Shown here: positions 8,911 to 20,988 of the stretch, in pieces
Numbering within the stretch: the stretch's first letter is position 1
Layout: the number at the start of each line of letters is the position of its first letter
From: Nitrospirota bacterium
GTDB lineage: Bacteria; Nitrospirota; UBA9217
Assembly (NCBI GenBank): GCA_963737155.1
Contig: CAVTRN010000002.1
Location: 2,368,001-2,432,000, forward strand
Direction of reading: 5' to 3'
DNA length: 64,000 nt
Notes under the pieces: generated by a model
Seen by the model: only the letters and a program-made list of their open reading frames with translations
Database searches by the model: none
What the model was told of the DNA's origin: nothing
Made by a program: the position numbers and the translations under genes

Positions 8911-11900
8911 GGTTTCTGATACTCCTGAATGGATTTAACTTGTATCGGCCGCGTCTTGATGGCCGAGATGCCCCGCACTGCCGCTTTTGCCGCAGATATG
9001 GTCGTAAAATAAGGGACCCCCTTGATCAGGGTCGTACGCCGTATCGAATAAGAATCTATCTGCGACTGAGCTCCATGGACCGTATTAATGACCAGGTCGA
9101 TCTGCATATCCGTGATCTGGTCCACGATATGCGGCCTCCCCTCGGTCACTTTATTCACCGTCTCGACCGTAATGCCCCGTTTCCTCAAATAGTCTGCAGT
9201 GCCGCGTGTGGCAACGATAGTGAAACCGGCGTTTTCCAGCCCTTGGGCGACTTCCAGCAAACCAGCCTTATCCTTATCTTTCACGCTCAGGAATACACGC
9301 CCTGAAACAGGCATAGGGTTGCCGGCCGCCATCTGGGACTTGGCGAAGGACATGCCGAAATCCGTGTCGATGCCCATCACCTCGCCCGTTGATTTCATTT
9401 CCGGCCCCAGCAGCGTGTCCACGCCCGGAAACTTCGCGAAAGGAAAAACTGCTTCCTTTACCGCGATGTGTTTGATGCTCACTTCTTTTGTAAAACCAAG
9501 TTGCACAAGGGTCTTACCGGCCATGACCCGGGAAGCGAGTTTGGCGAGCGGCACCCCAATCGCTTTGCTCACGAACGGTACGGTACGCGAGGCCCGGGGA
9601 TTCACCTCAAGCACGTAAACCCGGCCCTCCTTCACGGCAAACTGGATGTTCATGAGCCCGACGACACCCAGTTCAAAGGCGAGCACCCTCGCTTGCCTGT
9701 CGATTTCCCCGATGATTTCCGGCGAAAGAGAGAACGGCGGCAACGAGCAGGCGGAATCGCCGGAGTGGACACCCGCCTCTTCGATATGTTCCATGATCCC
9801 CGCCACGACCACGGTTTTCCCGTCGGAGATAGCGTCCACGTCTATCTCCACGGCATCTTCCAGATACTTGTCGACGAGCACAGGCCTTTCCGGTGAGGCC
9901 TTCACTGCCCGGCTCATATAGTTCCGGACGCTCTCCTCGTCATAGACAATCTCCATGGCCCGGCCGCCGAGCACGTAGGACGGGCGCACCATGACGGGGT
10001 AACCGATGCGGTTCGCCGCGAACACTGCCTCGTCGCAGGACACAGCCGTGCCGCTTTCGGCCTGCAAGAGACTGAGTTTGTCGAGCAATTCCTTAAACCG
10101 CTTCCGGTCCTCAGCACGGTCGATGCTGTCAGGCGTAGTACCAAGAATGCGGACGCCCTCTTTCTCAAGCGGTACTGCGAGCTTGAGTGGCGTCTGTCCG
10201 CCGAACTGCACTATCACGCCCACGGGCTTTTCTCGCTGTATAATATGTAAAACATCTTCGAGTGTCAAGGGTTCAAAATAGAGGCGGTCGGACGTATCGT
10301 AATCCGTGCTCACCGTCTCGGGGTTGCAGTTCACCATGATCGTCTCAAACCCGTCTTCCTTGAGCGCGAAGGCGGCATGGACGCAGCAGTAGTCAAATTC
10401 GATGCCCTGCCCGATCCGGTTCGGCCCACCCCCAAGGATTACAATCTTCTTCCGGTCAGTCGGATTCGCGTCGCATTCAGCATGTCCTTGTGCTATGCTG
10501 CTTGCCACCTGACCCTTGATTGTATAAAACGGTTTTTCATAGGTTGAATAGAGGTACGGCGTATGCGCCTCGAACTCAGCCGCACAGGTATCCACACTCT
10601 TGAAGACCGGCGTAATGCCAAGCTCATAGCGAACTCTACGCACCGTCTCTTCCGTGGTCGTCAGAAGCTTAGCAATCCTGCGGTCGGAAAATCCGTATTC
10701 CTTGGCGCGTCTGAGGGGATGATTTAGTGATGGCGTCCGGTCATTCAGAATATTCGCCGCCTGCTCCTTCAGTTCCTTTTCACGGTCGACAATCTGTTTG
10801 ATCTGATGGAGGAACCATGGGTCAATCTTCGATAAACTGAATATCTCCTCTACTGTCATGCCCATGCGAAAACCATCGGCAATGAACCATGCCCGTTCCC
10901 AGTTCGGCACACTGATCTTCTGGCGAATATCGGCGACTTCGTTTTCCCTGTCTCCATCACGATCCCGGCGGGACTCCAGTCCGTAGCGGTCAATTTCGAG
11001 CGAACGGAGCGCCTTCTGGAATGATTCCTTGAAAGTCCTGCCTATGGACATTGCCTCACCCACTGATTTCATCTGCGTTGTAAGCGTGGCGTCCGCCTGA
11101 GGGAATTTCTCGAAGGCAAAACGCGGGAACTTCACAACCACGTAATCGATCGTCGGTTCGAAAGACGCCGGCGTTGCCTTAGTGATATCGTTTGTGATTT
11201 CATCGAGAGTGTACCCGACCGCGAGTTTAGCGGCGAACTTGGCTATTGGAAAACCCGTGGCTTTGGACGCAAGCGCCGAACTCCTGGATACACGCGGGTT
11301 CATTTCAATCACTACGATCCTACCGTTGTCGGGGTTTACGGCGAACTGAATATTTGAGCCGCCGGTATCAACCCCTATTTCACGGATGATCCGGAGCGAT
11401 GCATCGCGCATAATCTGAAATTCTTTGTCCGTCAGTGTCTGTGCCGGGGCCACGGTGATACTGTCACCGGTGTGGATGCCCATAGGATCGAGGTTCTCGA
11501 TGGAACAGACGATCACGACATTGTCCTTGATGTCCCGCATGACTTCGAGCTCGAATTCCTTCCACCCGACCACAGACTCCTCGATCAACACCTGGTGAAC
11601 CGGACTGGCCTCGAGACCGCGCGAGATCAGATCATTGAACTCCTCCCGGTTATAGGCGATGCCACCGCCCGTGCCACCGAGCGTAAAAGCCGGGCGCAGA
11701 ATCGCGGGAAAGCCAACGTTCTCCAGGATTTCCAGAGCCTGTTCCCTGCTTGTCGCAAACCCGCTCTTGGGCACATCAAGCCTGATGTGTTCCATGGCCT
11801 TCTTGAACAGCTCCCGGTCTTCCGCTTTCCTGATCGACGGTAGTTTGGCGCCAATCAATTCGACATTGTATTTCTCCAGGACACCAGACTCCGCCAGAGC

Positions 11901-12200
11901 CACGGCCATATTGAGAGCGGTCTGGCCACCCATCGTGGGAAGCAGTGCATCGGGACGTTCGCGATCAATGATTTTTTCGACCACTGCCGTCGTGATCGGT
12001 TCGATGTAGGTACGGTGCGCCATATCCGGATCGGTCATGATCGTGGCTGGGTTCGAATTGACAAGCACGATCTCGTATCCCTCCTCCTTAAGCGCTTTGC
12101 AGGCCTGTACGCCCGAATAATCGAACTCGCAGGCCTGACCTATCACGATTGGCCCGGCGCCTATGATCAGGATCTTATTGATATCTGTCCGTTTCGGCAT
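8907..12200 (-). CDS. carB: Carbamoyl-phosphate synthase large subunit
   Basis: [24 protein letters not shown], duplicated ATP-grasp domains, MGS domain. Confidence 0.98.
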   Translation of the reverse strand: MPKRTDINKILIIGAGPIVIGQACEFDYSGVQACKALKEEGYEIVLVNSNPATIMTDPDMAHRTYIEPITTAVVEKIIDRERPDALLPTMGGQTALNMAVALAESGVLEKYNVELIGAKLPSIRKAEDRELFKKAMEHIRLDVPKSGFATSREQALEILENVGFPAILRPAFTLGGTGGGIAYNREEFNDLISRGLEASPVHQVLIEESVVGWKEFELEVMRDIKDNVVIVCSIENLDPMGIHTGDSITVAPAQTLTDKEFQIMRDASLRIIREIGVDTGGSNIQFAVNPDNGRIVVIEMNPRVSRSSALASKATGFPIAKFAAKLAVGYTLDEITNDITKATPASFEPTIDYVVVKFPRFAFEKFPQADATLTTQMKSVGEAMSIGRTFKESFQKALRSLEIDRYGLESRRDRDGDRENEVADIRQKISVPNWERAWFIADGFRMGMTVEEIFSLSKIDPWFLHQIKQIVDREKELKEQAANILNDRTPSLNHPLRRAKEYGFSDRRIAKLLTTTEETVRRVRYELGITPVFKSVDTCAAEFEAHTPYLYSTYEKPFYTIKGQVASSIAQGHAECDANPTDRKKIVILGGGPNRIGQGIEFDYCCVHAAFALKEDGFETIMVNCNPETVSTDYDTSDRLYFEPLTLEDVLHIIQREKPVGVIVQFGGQTPLKLAVPLEKEGVRILGTTPDSIDRAEDRKRFKELLDKLSLLQAESGTAVSCDEAVFAANRIGYPVMVRPSYVLGGRAMEIVYDEESVRNYMSRAVKASPERPVLVDKYLEDAVEIDVDAISDGKTVVVAGIMEHIEEAGVHSGDSACSLPPFSLSPEIIGEIDRQARVLAFELGVVGLMNIQFAVKEGRVYVLEVNPRASRTVPFVSKAIGVPLAKLASRVMAGKTLVQLGFTKEVSIKHIAVKEAVFPFAKFPGVDTLLGPEMKSTGEVMGIDTDFGMSFAKSQMAAGNPMPVSGRVFLSVKDKDKAGLLEVAQGLENAGFTIVATRGTADYLRKRGITVETVNKVTEGRPHIVDQITDMQIDLVINTVHGAQSQIDSYSIRRTTLIKGVPYFTTISAAKAAVRGISAIKTRPIQVKSIQEYQKP

Positions 12201-12229
12201 TTAATCCTTCCTCAATTCTGTACTTTAAA

Positions 12230-13168
12230 TCAGTCAAATTCCTGTATCCAGCCGTTCTCCAAACCATACTGTTCCATGATCCGGCGAGCATCTTCGTATT
12301 CGTCGGCTGTTGTTCTGCGTGAAAGTTCCTTGATCTCAATCGCCTTGTATGCCGGAAAGTACTGGGCCATAAGACTGATGAATATGTCCTTCGAGATTTC
12401 CTTTGACAGGAATTTCATAATGTTTTCTGTTCCCGACAAACCATTGGGAAGCACCAGATGGCGGATAATCAGTCCGCGTTTCGCAATTCCCTGCTCACCT
12501 AAAAGGAGATTGCCCACCTGTCTGAACATTTCCTTCACCGCTGCGCGGTTGATCTCCGGATAGTGCGAGGCATTCGAGTATTTTTTTGCGACTGCCTCAT
12601 CGGAATACCGCATGTCTGCCAGGTAGATATCAACAATCCCGTCTAGAATCTGAAGTGCCCTAAGCGACTCGTATCCGCTCGTATTATATGCTATAGGTAG
12701 GTTGAAACCTCGTTCCCGAGCAAGCCAAAGCGCCTTCAGAATCTGGGGCATAAAATGCGTCGGTGTTACTAGATTCACATTGTGACATCCCTGTTCCTGT
12801 AGCCAGACCATCTGGCAGGCAAGCTCGCCGGGAGTCCGCTCCGAGCCGTTCCCCAGTTGACTGATGGGATAATTCTGACAATAGATGCAGCGCAGATTGC
12901 AGTTGGTTAAAAAGATCGTACCGGAGCCTTTTGTTCCTGATAGGGGCGGTTCCTCGCCATGATGAGCACTCACGCTCGATATTACGGGATTAAGACCAGA
13001 CCTGCAAAATCCAAGTTTGTCGTTATTAAGCCGGTTCGCGCCGCATTCACGGGGACAAATGCAACAACTCCCAAGGAGCTCGTAAGCATCATTAATACGT
13101 TCGCTTAATTCAACCTGCGATAACAAGGAATTCACCCGAACATCCCAATAGCAAAACCCATAGTTCAA
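12230..13168 (-). CDS. Radical SAM protein (PflX-like)
   Basis: CNLRCIYCQN (CxxxCxxC), N-terminal CCICPRECG, HHGEEPPLSG, RHLVLP. Confidence 0.88.
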   Translation of the reverse strand: MNYGFCYWDVRVNSLLSQVELSERINDAYELLGSCCICPRECGANRLNNDKLGFCRSGLNPVISSVSAHHGEEPPLSGTKGSGTIFLTNCNLRCIYCQNYPISQLGNGSERTPGELACQMVWLQEQGCHNVNLVTPTHFMPQILKALWLARERGFNLPIAYNTSGYESLRALQILDGIVDIYLADMRYSDEAVAKKYSNASHYPEINRAAVKEMFRQVGNLLLGEQGIAKRGLIIRHLVLPNGLSGTENIMKFLSKEISKDIFISLMAQYFPAYKAIEIKELSRRTTADEYEDARRIMEQYGLENGWIQEFD

Positions 13169-13175
13169 AACAGCA

Positions 13176-14306
13176 TTATTGTATGTTCCTGTACTTTTCC
13201 ATCATGTCAATGAACCGTTTGAAAAGATATCTGCTATCATGCGGTCCCGGAGATGCCTCGGGATGATACTGCACCGAAAAAGCCGGAAGGGTTTTATGCT
13301 GAATACCTTCGCAGGTCTTGTCATTCAGATTCATATGCGTCATTATCACGTGGTCCTTCACCGTGTCCATGTCCACCGCAAAGCCGTGGTTTTCGGCGGC
13401 GATCTCGACCTTGCGCGTAGTCAGGTCCATGATTGGCTGGTTTCCGCCGTGATGACCGAACTTCAGTTTGTAGGTCCTGCCGCCCAGTGCAAGACCTAAC
13501 AGCTGCTGCCCCAGACAAATGCCGAAGATCGGTTTCCTGCCTAGAAGTATCCGGATGTTTTCTATTGCATAGGTGACCGGCTCCGGATCGCCAGGACCGT
13601 TTGACAGGAATACTCCGTCGGGGTTCATGACAAGCACTTCTTCAGCCGACATCGTTGCCGGCACTACAGTTACGTCGCATCCCGAGCTCGTGATCAGCCG
13701 GAGAATATTCCTCTTGATTCCATAATCATAGGCGACAACCTTGTATTTCTGCACAGACTTTTTCGTCGCGTACCCTTTTTCAAGGTCCCAGTCGCCCTCC
13801 TCCCAACAATAAGGTTCCTTGCAGGTGACGTCTTTTACCAGGTCGAGGCCGCTCATGGTGGGGAGCGCTTTTGCCTTCGCAACAATACTGACAGGATTCA
13901 TGTCCTTCGTCGTAATCACCCCGGGCTGTGCTCCATTGTCCCGAAGATGTTTCGTCAGTGCTCTTGTGTCGATTCCCTGGATGCCGACGATGCCGTTCTC
14001 GCGCAAATATTGATGAAGGGTTTTTTTCGAACGCCAGTTGCTGGGGATTTCAAGATATTCCTTCACAATGAAGCCTTCCACGAAGGGTTTTGCCGATTCC
14101 ACGTCCTCATCGTTCACGCCGTAGTTCCCGATTTGGGGGTAGGTCATGGTTACAATCTGCCCCTTGTACGATGGATCGGTCAGAATTTCTTGGTATCCTG
14201 TCATACTTGTGTTGAATACGATTTCTCCCGAGGTTTCCCCTTCCGCTCCAAAGGATTCTCCTTCGAACACCGTTCCATCAGCCAGAGCAAGTATCGCTTT
14301 TTTCAT
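13176..14306 (-). CDS. carA: Carbamoyl-phosphate synthase small subunit
   Basis: [39 protein letters not shown]. Confidence 0.98.
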   Translation of the reverse strand: MKKAILALADGTVFEGESFGAEGETSGEIVFNTSMTGYQEILTDPSYKGQIVTMTYPQIGNYGVNDEDVESAKPFVEGFIVKEYLEIPSNWRSKKTLHQYLRENGIVGIQGIDTRALTKHLRDNGAQPGVITTKDMNPVSIVAKAKALPTMSGLDLVKDVTCKEPYCWEEGDWDLEKGYATKKSVQKYKVVAYDYGIKRNILRLITSSGCDVTVVPATMSAEEVLVMNPDGVFLSNGPGDPEPVTYAIENIRILLGRKPIFGICLGQQLLGLALGGRTYKLKFGHHGGNQPIMDLTTRKVEIAAENHGFAVDMDTVKDHVIMTHMNLNDKTCEGIQHKTLPAFSVQYHPEASPGPHDSRYLFKRFIDMMEKYRNIQ

Positions 14307-14467
14307 AATCAGTTAGACTCTCTCATTCCGAAAATTTCCAATCACCCCACAGGCGGGGAGTGCCGTGAACCGCCATCAAAACCGGCACCGAACCTTTCCG
14401 CCACTATCCACGACCATCGCACGTACATTTTCCCCTGCTTCTTCTTCGCTTTTTGCTTACCACTTAA

Positions 14468-14847
14468 TCGGGCCATCCGCAAAGAGCTCTGGTTTTAACC
14501 ATGGGGATGAATGCGGGAACGTAACGACCGATACTGGACGAATGCTCCTCTTCATGCTTTGTTCCACGCCCGGAGCACGAAACTATCACAAACATGGACT
14601 GTGCGGAAACACAAAGAAAAAAACATTAAAGAACCGTTAGCGTGCATGCCAGAAATGCGGGACCAACGGTCAACGTAATTTTTTTTCCGCATTATCTGGC
14701 GAAGAATGCAACAATACGAACCAGAGACAGAGTTGCGACCCCCCGTTAAACGTCAACACTAATCAAGCTTGGCAATAAATTTCCGTTGCCATGTAGATTG
14801 CTAGTGCTGCCGTTAGAACCCCTGTCTTTAAACATGGACAATGGTCA
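14468..14847 (+). mobile_element. Non-autonomous IS200/IS605-derived element, copy 2 (uninterrupted, ~380 bp)
   Basis: Left end GGCCATCCGC..GGTTTTAACCATGGGGATGAATGCGGGA..GATACTGGAC and right end GATTGCTAGTGCTGCCGTTAGAACCCCTGTCTTTAAACATGG match copy 1. Lies between pyrC and carA. Confidence 0.75.
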
Positions 14848-14854
14848 TGCGGCC

Positions 14855-16117
14855 CTAAATGCTTCCCCCCAAAATCGTCTGCACAGCCCGTCCCCTCAAC
14901 TTCCACCCATTAAAAGGCGTGTTCCTTGATTTCGACTTGAACTCCGACACGTTCACGATCCATTCTAAATCCGGATCGATGATCGTGATGTCGGCCGCCG
15001 TTCCAACTGAGAGCGAACCTTTATCGATTTTAAGAATACCGGCGGGGTTGGCCGTAAGTTTCCGGATTGCCTCGGCAAGCGTCAGAATGCCTTCCTCGAC
15101 GAGTTTGATCGTAAGTCCCAATGCTGTTTCAAGTCCCACGATTCCAAAGGGCGCATAATCGAATTCACCATCTTTTTCATCCGCTGCATGGGGCGCATGG
15201 TCCGTGGCGATCACATCGAGGGTGCCATCCCTAAGTCCCTGCTTTATAGTGTCGACATCGGCAGCCGTGCGAAGCGGTGGGTTCATTTTTGCCATGGTAT
15301 TGTAACCCCGCACCGCCTCATCAGTCAAAGAAAAGTAATGCGGACAGGTCTCGGCGGTGACCTTAACTCCCCGCGCCTTTGCATTGCGAAGCATGTTCAC
15401 CGAACCGGCAGTGCTTACATGGGCTATATGCAACCTGCATCCGGTCAATTCGGCAAGAGCAATATCCCGCGCGGTCATAACATCCTCGGCCGCCCGCGGA
15501 ATACCCCGAAGCCCCAGTTCCGTTGAGATGATGCCTTCGTTCATCACGCCCTTGGCTGAAAGCGTGGTTTCTTCGCAGTGCGAGATGACAAGCATATCGA
15601 ATATTTTCGAATATTCCAGAGCGCGGCGCATTACTGCCGCATTCATGACCGGCTTTCCATCGTCCGAGACGGCGATGCAACCCGCCGAGCACAGTTCAGC
15701 CATTTCAGCAAGTTCCTCGCCTTTCGACCCCTTGGTTATTGCGCCGACAGGATATACCCTCGTCAATGCATTTCGGGTTTTAGAAAGGATGAACTCCGTA
15801 ACCGAGCGGTTGTCGTTCACCGGGTTCGTATTCGGCATGCAGCAGACCGAAGTGAACCCTCCGGCCTTTGCCGCAGCTGTACCGGTGGCGATGGTTTCCT
15901 TGTATTCGAAACCCGGTTCTCTCAGATGCACGTGCATGTCGATGAGACCGGGGACAACGATTTTTCCAACAGCGTCGAGGACCTGTGCACCGGTCTCCGA
16001 AATCGATCCCTGCCTGCCGAGTCTGGCGACCTTCCCCCCGGATATGAGGAGATCAAGTACGCCGTCGACATTATTCGCGGGATCGATGATACGGCCATTT
16101 TTTATCAAGATGTTCAT
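14855..16117 (-). CDS. pyrC: Dihydroorotase
   Basis: [38 protein letters not shown]. Confidence 0.97.
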   Translation of the reverse strand: MNILIKNGRIIDPANNVDGVLDLLISGGKVARLGRQGSISETGAQVLDAVGKIVVPGLIDMHVHLREPGFEYKETIATGTAAAKAGGFTSVCCMPNTNPVNDNRSVTEFILSKTRNALTRVYPVGAITKGSKGEELAEMAELCSAGCIAVSDDGKPVMNAAVMRRALEYSKIFDMLVISHCEETTLSAKGVMNEGIISTELGLRGIPRAAEDVMTARDIALAELTGCRLHIAHVSTAGSVNMLRNAKARGVKVTAETCPHYFSLTDEAVRGYNTMAKMNPPLRTAADVDTIKQGLRDGTLDVIATDHAPHAADEKDGEFDYAPFGIVGLETALGLTIKLVEEGILTLAEAIRKLTANPAGILKIDKGSLSVGTAADITIIDPDLEWIVNVSEFKSKSRNTPFNGWKLRGRAVQTILGGSI

Positions 16118-16181
16118 AGCTATTCAACAGTGGAGGCCATGAGTCGGCATGCACCTGCCTCTAGCTCCCAACCCCTTTCTT

Positions 16182-17111
16182 TCAAGCTTCCGCCTTCGTG
16201 CCTCCGGACAACAAGAACATCACCGCCATGCGGACCGCAACGCCGTTCGTTACCTGATCGAGAATGACCGGCGTGGCATCGGCAACCTCGGATGATATTT
16301 CTACTCCGCGGTTCATGGGGCCCGGGTGCATTACGAGTGCATGACCGGCCGCCCTGGCTCGCCTTGCGGTATTTAGACCGTACAGCCCGGCATACTCGCG
16401 TACACCAGGGAAAAGTCCGGCAGCCTGCCGTTCCAGCTGGAGGCGAAGCATCATAACCACATCTGCTCCCTCAACGGCCCGGTCCATATCATAGGTGACA
16501 TCTACTCCCAGATATTCCATGCCTGGCGGTATCATCGTGGGCGGCCCGCAGACCCGCACTTTCGCGCCCATTGCAGTAAGTCCGTAGACGTTCGACCGCG
16601 CCACCCTGCTGTGTGCGATATCTCCCACAATGGCAACAGTCAGCCCCTCCAGTCTGCCCAACTTTTCCCTAATGGTGAACATATCGAGCAATGCCTGGGT
16701 CGGATGTTCATGAAAACCATCTCCCGCATTGATTACCGCACTTTTCAGCATTTTGGATAGATACTCGGGCGCCCCAGAACAGGAATGGCGGACGATGATG
16801 ATGTCGCACTTCATGGCTTCAATGTTCCTGGCTGTATCGAGAAGAGTCTCACCCTTAACCACACTGCTGGTCGATGTTGAAATGTTGATCACATCGGCTG
16901 AAAGCCGTTTGCCCGCAAGTTCGAAGGATGTCCGGGTCCGTGTGCTGGCCTCATAGAAGAGGTTGATAACCGTCTTACCGCGCAGCGCCGGTACTTTCTT
17001 AATGTCCCGCTCAGACACGTCCTTGAATGTCGCAGCTGTGTCTAGAATAAGCTTGATCTCATCCGCCGTCATTCCTTTCATGCTGAGCAGATCTTTTGTT
17101 CTGAGCGCCAT
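16182..17111 (-). CDS. pyrB: Aspartate carbamoyltransferase catalytic subunit
   Basis: [25 protein letters not shown]. Confidence 0.97.
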   Translation of the reverse strand: MALRTKDLLSMKGMTADEIKLILDTAATFKDVSERDIKKVPALRGKTVINLFYEASTRTRTSFELAGKRLSADVINISTSTSSVVKGETLLDTARNIEAMKCDIIIVRHSCSGAPEYLSKMLKSAVINAGDGFHEHPTQALLDMFTIREKLGRLEGLTVAIVGDIAHSRVARSNVYGLTAMGAKVRVCGPPTMIPPGMEYLGVDVTYDMDRAVEGADVVMMLRLQLERQAAGLFPGVREYAGLYGLNTARRARAAGHALVMHPGPMNRGVEISSEVADATPVILDQVTNGVAVRMAVMFLLSGGTKAEA

Positions 17112-17207
17112 TGCCGCACCTTTCAGGAGGATGGAACCGGAGTTCGGAGTGTTAAAACCCTCTATGTTGCATTCCCCAACATCTGCCGTCTATCGTTTGC
17201 CGCCTTC

Positions 17208-17750
17208 TCACTCCCCCAGAATCACAACTTTTTCTTCACCGCCATTCTCAGCCAGCATGACTTCAACCTTTTCCTTCGCTGAGGTTGGAAGGTTCTTGCC
17301 GACATAATCTGCGCGAATCGGGAGTTCCCGGTGCCCCCTGTCCACGAGGACAGCCAGCTGAATCCGCTTCGGTCTCCCATAATCCATAATGCTGTTCAAA
17401 GCCGCGCGAATGGTCCTGCCGGTAAAAAGCACGTCATCGACCAGCACCATGATTTTATCCTGGATGTCAAAGGTTATGTCCGTGGCCTGGGGAACCGGCT
17501 GAGATTTGCGCGTTGACAGATCATCGCGGTACATAGTGATATCCAAGCTGCCTACCGGTATGTCAATTTTCTCTATTTGCCGGATTTTTCCCACTAGCCG
17601 CTTGGATAGATGGACGCCACCCCTCTGTATGCCAACGAGGACAAGATCGCCTGCCCCCTTGTTTTTTTCGAGGATCTCATGGGCAATCCGCGTTAGGGCC
17701 CGGTCTATGCCGGTCTTGTCGAGAATCAGCGCTTTTTCCCTTATGCTCAT
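17208..17750 (-). CDS. pyrR: Bifunctional pyr operon attenuation regulator / uracil phosphoribosyltransferase
   Basis: [48 protein letters not shown]. Start MSIREK at 17750. Confidence 0.96.
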   Translation of the reverse strand: MSIREKALILDKTGIDRALTRIAHEILEKNKGAGDLVLVGIQRGGVHLSKRLVGKIRQIEKIDIPVGSLDITMYRDDLSTRKSQPVPQATDITFDIQDKIMVLVDDVLFTGRTIRAALNSIMDYGRPKRIQLAVLVDRGHRELPIRADYVGKNLPTSAKEKVEVMLAENGGEEKVVILGE

Positions 17751-17785
17751 GGCAGCAGCTCCCGTTTTTTCACAAAAAAAGACAC

Positions 17786-17903
17786 AAAAAAACCCTCTCC
17801 CCAAAACACATGAAGAAGGTATGCGTACTGATTGCAGGCATGACTCCGCTTTTGATATGTTCCATCTCGAACCCTTCCTAGCCTCACAGGACCAGACTTA
17901 AAG
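17786..17903 (-). promoter_or_regulatory. PyrR-binding RNA attenuator (binding loop plus terminator)
   Basis: Minus-strand CUUUAAGUCUGGUCCUGUGAGGCUAGGAAGGG (17872-17903) fits the PyrR loop consensus (..RUCCNGNGAGGYU). It is followed by an imperfect hairpin ACCUUCUUC..GGGGAGAGGG with a U7 tail (17786-17820) before pyrR. Confidence 0.9.
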
Positions 17904-18007
17904 AGAATTATTGTTGCATTCACAATATCTCAACAACCTGTTCCTGTCAAGCGTTTTCTCGGGATGAAGGCATCAAGTTCAATTTGCATGATGAAAACTC
18001 ACTGCCA

Positions 18008-19240
18008 TCACCAGGGAGGACGTTTCAACATCCGCTCGCCCTTGGGTATGATTGCGATACCCGAAGGGTCGCGATGGCAGGCGCAGTGCAGTTTGTCCTC
18101 TTCCGGGTGGATCCCGATCTGCTCTCCTTCCGTCAATACATTGAACTTGTCCACGATCACCCGCTTGAGGCGGCAGCCTTTCTTCACAACGTTATGGTCC
18201 ATGATGACGCTATCTTCGATAACGACATCGTCCTCAATTACGACATCCCTTCGTATTACTGAATTAACAATCCTGGCACGTCCGATGACTACACCTTCAG
18301 CAATAAAACTGTTCTGGATCTCACCATGAAGGATTTTAGCTGCCGGCCCCTCATATTCGGCTGGATGGATGGGCCATTGCTGGTTATTGAGTTCAAAAAG
18401 CGGCTCCTTGCCAAGCATATCCATATGAGCATCATAGAAAGCGGGGATGGTACCTACATCGCGCCAGTAGCCCTTCTCCTCGTACGCCTGGAAGCCCGGG
18501 ATATTATTGGAGCCAAAGTCATAGGCGAATACGCTTCCGGTTTTGATTAGGTCCGGAATAAGATGTGTCCCGAAGTCATGCTGGTTCTTTTCCTGACCCC
18601 TGATAAGCGCTTCCATGAGCACGTCCTTATTGAATATGTAGTTCCCCATCGAGACATAGGCGCGCTTCGGATCATCGGGCATGGGAGCCGGGTGTTCCGG
18701 CTTCTCCTGAAAGCCGGTAATCCTCCGGTCTGCATCGGTAACGATCACTCCAAAAGACGACGCCTGATCAAGAGGAACGGGGCGTGCAGCGACCGTTACC
18801 ATGGCATTCTTTTCAAGATGGAAATCCATCAATTGCCTGATGTCCATACGGTATATATGGTCGGCACCGAAAACCGCAACGAGTTCCGGACGCTGATCAT
18901 GAATTAGATTGATATTCTGATACACCGCGTCCGCTGTCCCCTGGAACCATTCAGGCCCCATGCGCATCTGCGGCGGCACGACCGTTACAAAATGTTCTTT
19001 GACGATGGGCGACAAGGTCCAGTTCTGGCGCACGTGTTCGATCAGGGATTGTGACTTGTACTGCACCAGGAGATATATGGAATAGATCCGGGAATTGACG
19101 AAGTTGCTCAGGACGAAATCAACAATCCGATATCTTCCGCCAAACGGCACGGCAGGTTTGGAGCGGTAATCAGTGAGAGGGGCGAGCCGCTCGCCTTTGC
19201 CTCCTGCAAGAACAAATGCCAATATTTTTGGATGCGCCAT
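18008..19240 (-). CDS. glgC: Glucose-1-phosphate adenylyltransferase
   Basis: LAGGKGERL..PAVPFGGRYRI, GTADAVYQN, SMGNYIF, YWRDVGT. GGAGG SD before MAHPK. Confidence 0.97.
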   Translation of the reverse strand: MAHPKILAFVLAGGKGERLAPLTDYRSKPAVPFGGRYRIVDFVLSNFVNSRIYSIYLLVQYKSQSLIEHVRQNWTLSPIVKEHFVTVVPPQMRMGPEWFQGTADAVYQNINLIHDQRPELVAVFGADHIYRMDIRQLMDFHLEKNAMVTVAARPVPLDQASSFGVIVTDADRRITGFQEKPEHPAPMPDDPKRAYVSMGNYIFNKDVLMEALIRGQEKNQHDFGTHLIPDLIKTGSVFAYDFGSNNIPGFQAYEEKGYWRDVGTIPAFYDAHMDMLGKEPLFELNNQQWPIHPAEYEGPAAKILHGEIQNSFIAEGVVIGRARIVNSVIRRDVVIEDDVVIEDSVIMDHNVVKKGCRLKRVIVDKFNVLTEGEQIGIHPEEDKLHCACHRDPSGIAIIPKGERMLKRPPW

Positions 19241-19331
19241 GGCAGCCTCCAATGTTTTTCTATATAATGACTGCTAGTTTTGCCGGGTAAAATGCAAACA
19301 GACAGAACGAAGCCGGATCGGCATCCTGCAT

Positions 19332-20399
19332 TTATGAATCTGATGTCGTCATTGACTTCCCTACCCGTTCCTCCCGGACATACACGATTCGCTGAGGGTA
19401 AGGAATCTCAATGCCTTCGTCTTTAAAACGTTTGAATATCCTCTTCCTCAAATCATGCTGCACGGGGTTCTGATCGGTGAATTCGGCAACCTGGCAGGTC
19501 AGGGTAAAGTCCAGGGAACTCTCGCCGAAACCGGGAATGAAGCGTGCGAGCGGCTCGGGTTCGCCTAGGAGACCAGGAATATCTCGAACACCTTTTTTTG
19601 CCTCCTCCACTAATATTTTTTCTACCTGATCCGGATCCGAAGAGTAACTGACGCTGATGGGAATAAGCAGAGCCATCTTTCTATCCGGCAGGAAGTAGTT
19701 CGTCACCACGCTCTGGGCAAGTTTGTTGTTCGGGATCACGACAATATTGTTCGGCAGCATGCGTATGCGCGTTGTACGCCACGTAATGTCGTCAACATAG
19801 CCTTCCTGGCCGGACTCGAGTCTGACAAAATCGCCGATTCTGATAGACTTTTCCATGAGGATGTGGATACCCGCGAAAAGGTTCGCCAGCGTGTCTTGAA
19901 GCGCTAACGCGACGGCAAGTCCTCCAACGCCCAGTGCGGTAATGAGGGGGGCGATCGATATGCCTAGGTCGGTGAGCATAATCAGAATGCCAATGGCGAA
20001 GATAGTCCCCTTTAAAATACCGTATGCAAGGCCGGTTGTTGGAATCGGGATATTACTTTTTTGAACATAATTCCTGAATAGCCTGCCGGCTAGGGTCGCG
20101 GACGCAACGGTAACGGACATAATAATAATGGCATGCAGCATATTGCCAATATACCCTATCTGTTTCTCCGGAATTCCTGAAAAAGACAAGCCGATAAGGA
20201 TGCCGATTGCCACCGCGAGAAGTATTGAGGTGTTTTTTGTTGAGTCGATGATGATTTCGTCGAGCTGCGTCGCCGTTTTCCTCGCCCAGGTATGCAGAAA
20301 CCTGTAAGTCACAAAGCGGAGAAGCATCAGAGCCAATATACATGTCAGCGTCGTTGCCACGGGCACAATAAACTTCATTGATGTGCTGTCCACACGCAT
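19332..20399 (-). CDS. Small-conductance mechanosensitive channel (MscS family)
   Basis: LGVGGLAVALALQDTLANLFAG, IGDFV, IPNNKL, FGESSLDF, GIEIPYPQR. Confidence 0.93.
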   Translation of the reverse strand: MRVDSTSMKFIVPVATTLTCILALMLLRFVTYRFLHTWARKTATQLDEIIIDSTKNTSILLAVAIGILIGLSFSGIPEKQIGYIGNMLHAIIIMSVTVASATLAGRLFRNYVQKSNIPIPTTGLAYGILKGTIFAIGILIMLTDLGISIAPLITALGVGGLAVALALQDTLANLFAGIHILMEKSIRIGDFVRLESGQEGYVDDITWRTTRIRMLPNNIVVIPNNKLAQSVVTNYFLPDRKMALLIPISVSYSSDPDQVEKILVEEAKKGVRDIPGLLGEPEPLARFIPGFGESSLDFTLTCQVAEFTDQNPVQHDLRKRIFKRFKDEGIEIPYPQRIVYVREERVGKSMTTSDS

Positions 20400-20420
20400 A
20401 TTCCTCCGTTATCGATCTCG

Positions 20421-20672
20421 TTATTTCGCTTGAGAAGCTTTAGAACGATCCGTGTTGGATAACCTTTTTTGACTTAGGGACCGTTTCAACCGGACCCAAG
20501 ACACCAGGATCAAGCCCGTAATGATGCCAGCCAGGAGTGAAAGCACGATTACCAGGGCAAGAGAAGCTTCGAAACGCCAGGAAAGAAACGCGACAGCGAC
20601 CGGAGTTGCATTTTGAACCGAAAAAGCCGCCACCACGGCGATAATGAAAATCAGCAGGATAAGCGTTATCAT
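20421..20672 (-). CDS. LapA-family small membrane protein
   Basis: Two TM helices with FSVQNATPVAVAFLSWRFEASL. GGGGAG SD. Confidence 0.8.
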   Translation of the reverse strand: MITLILLIFIIAVVAAFSVQNATPVAVAFLSWRFEASLALVIVLSLLAGIITGLILVSWVRLKRSLSQKRLSNTDRSKASQAK

Positions 20673-20988
20673 GTCTCCCCCTCGCGCACAAAACCCAGGA
20701 ACTAAACATTATAACTAAGTATATCGTTGATCGAAAGACAAAGCAAGAGATCCATTGCTGTAGATTCAGAAATGCCTCACCGAGAGCTACTTGAAATGGA
20801 AGTCAAGATGATAATGTGCAGCGCGACAAGTCAATAAAGATTGATCCTGTCAAGCAGGACCAAATAAATATTGTAACTTTTGCAAACGCCTCCTGCTGCC
20901 GTCTTGCATCACCTGATGACACCCGGGTCTTGCTTCAGCTGCTAAAAAGAAGTACAATAAAGCGAAAAAAGATAACTGCGTAAATTCA

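Noticed and set aside
15357-16267. Long plus-strand ORFs antisense to pyrC (and similar ones opposite carB, eno, hisS, mutS, nikR)
   Set aside because: These are shadow ORFs arising from the codon bias of well-conserved genes on the other strand; they have no motifs or SD.
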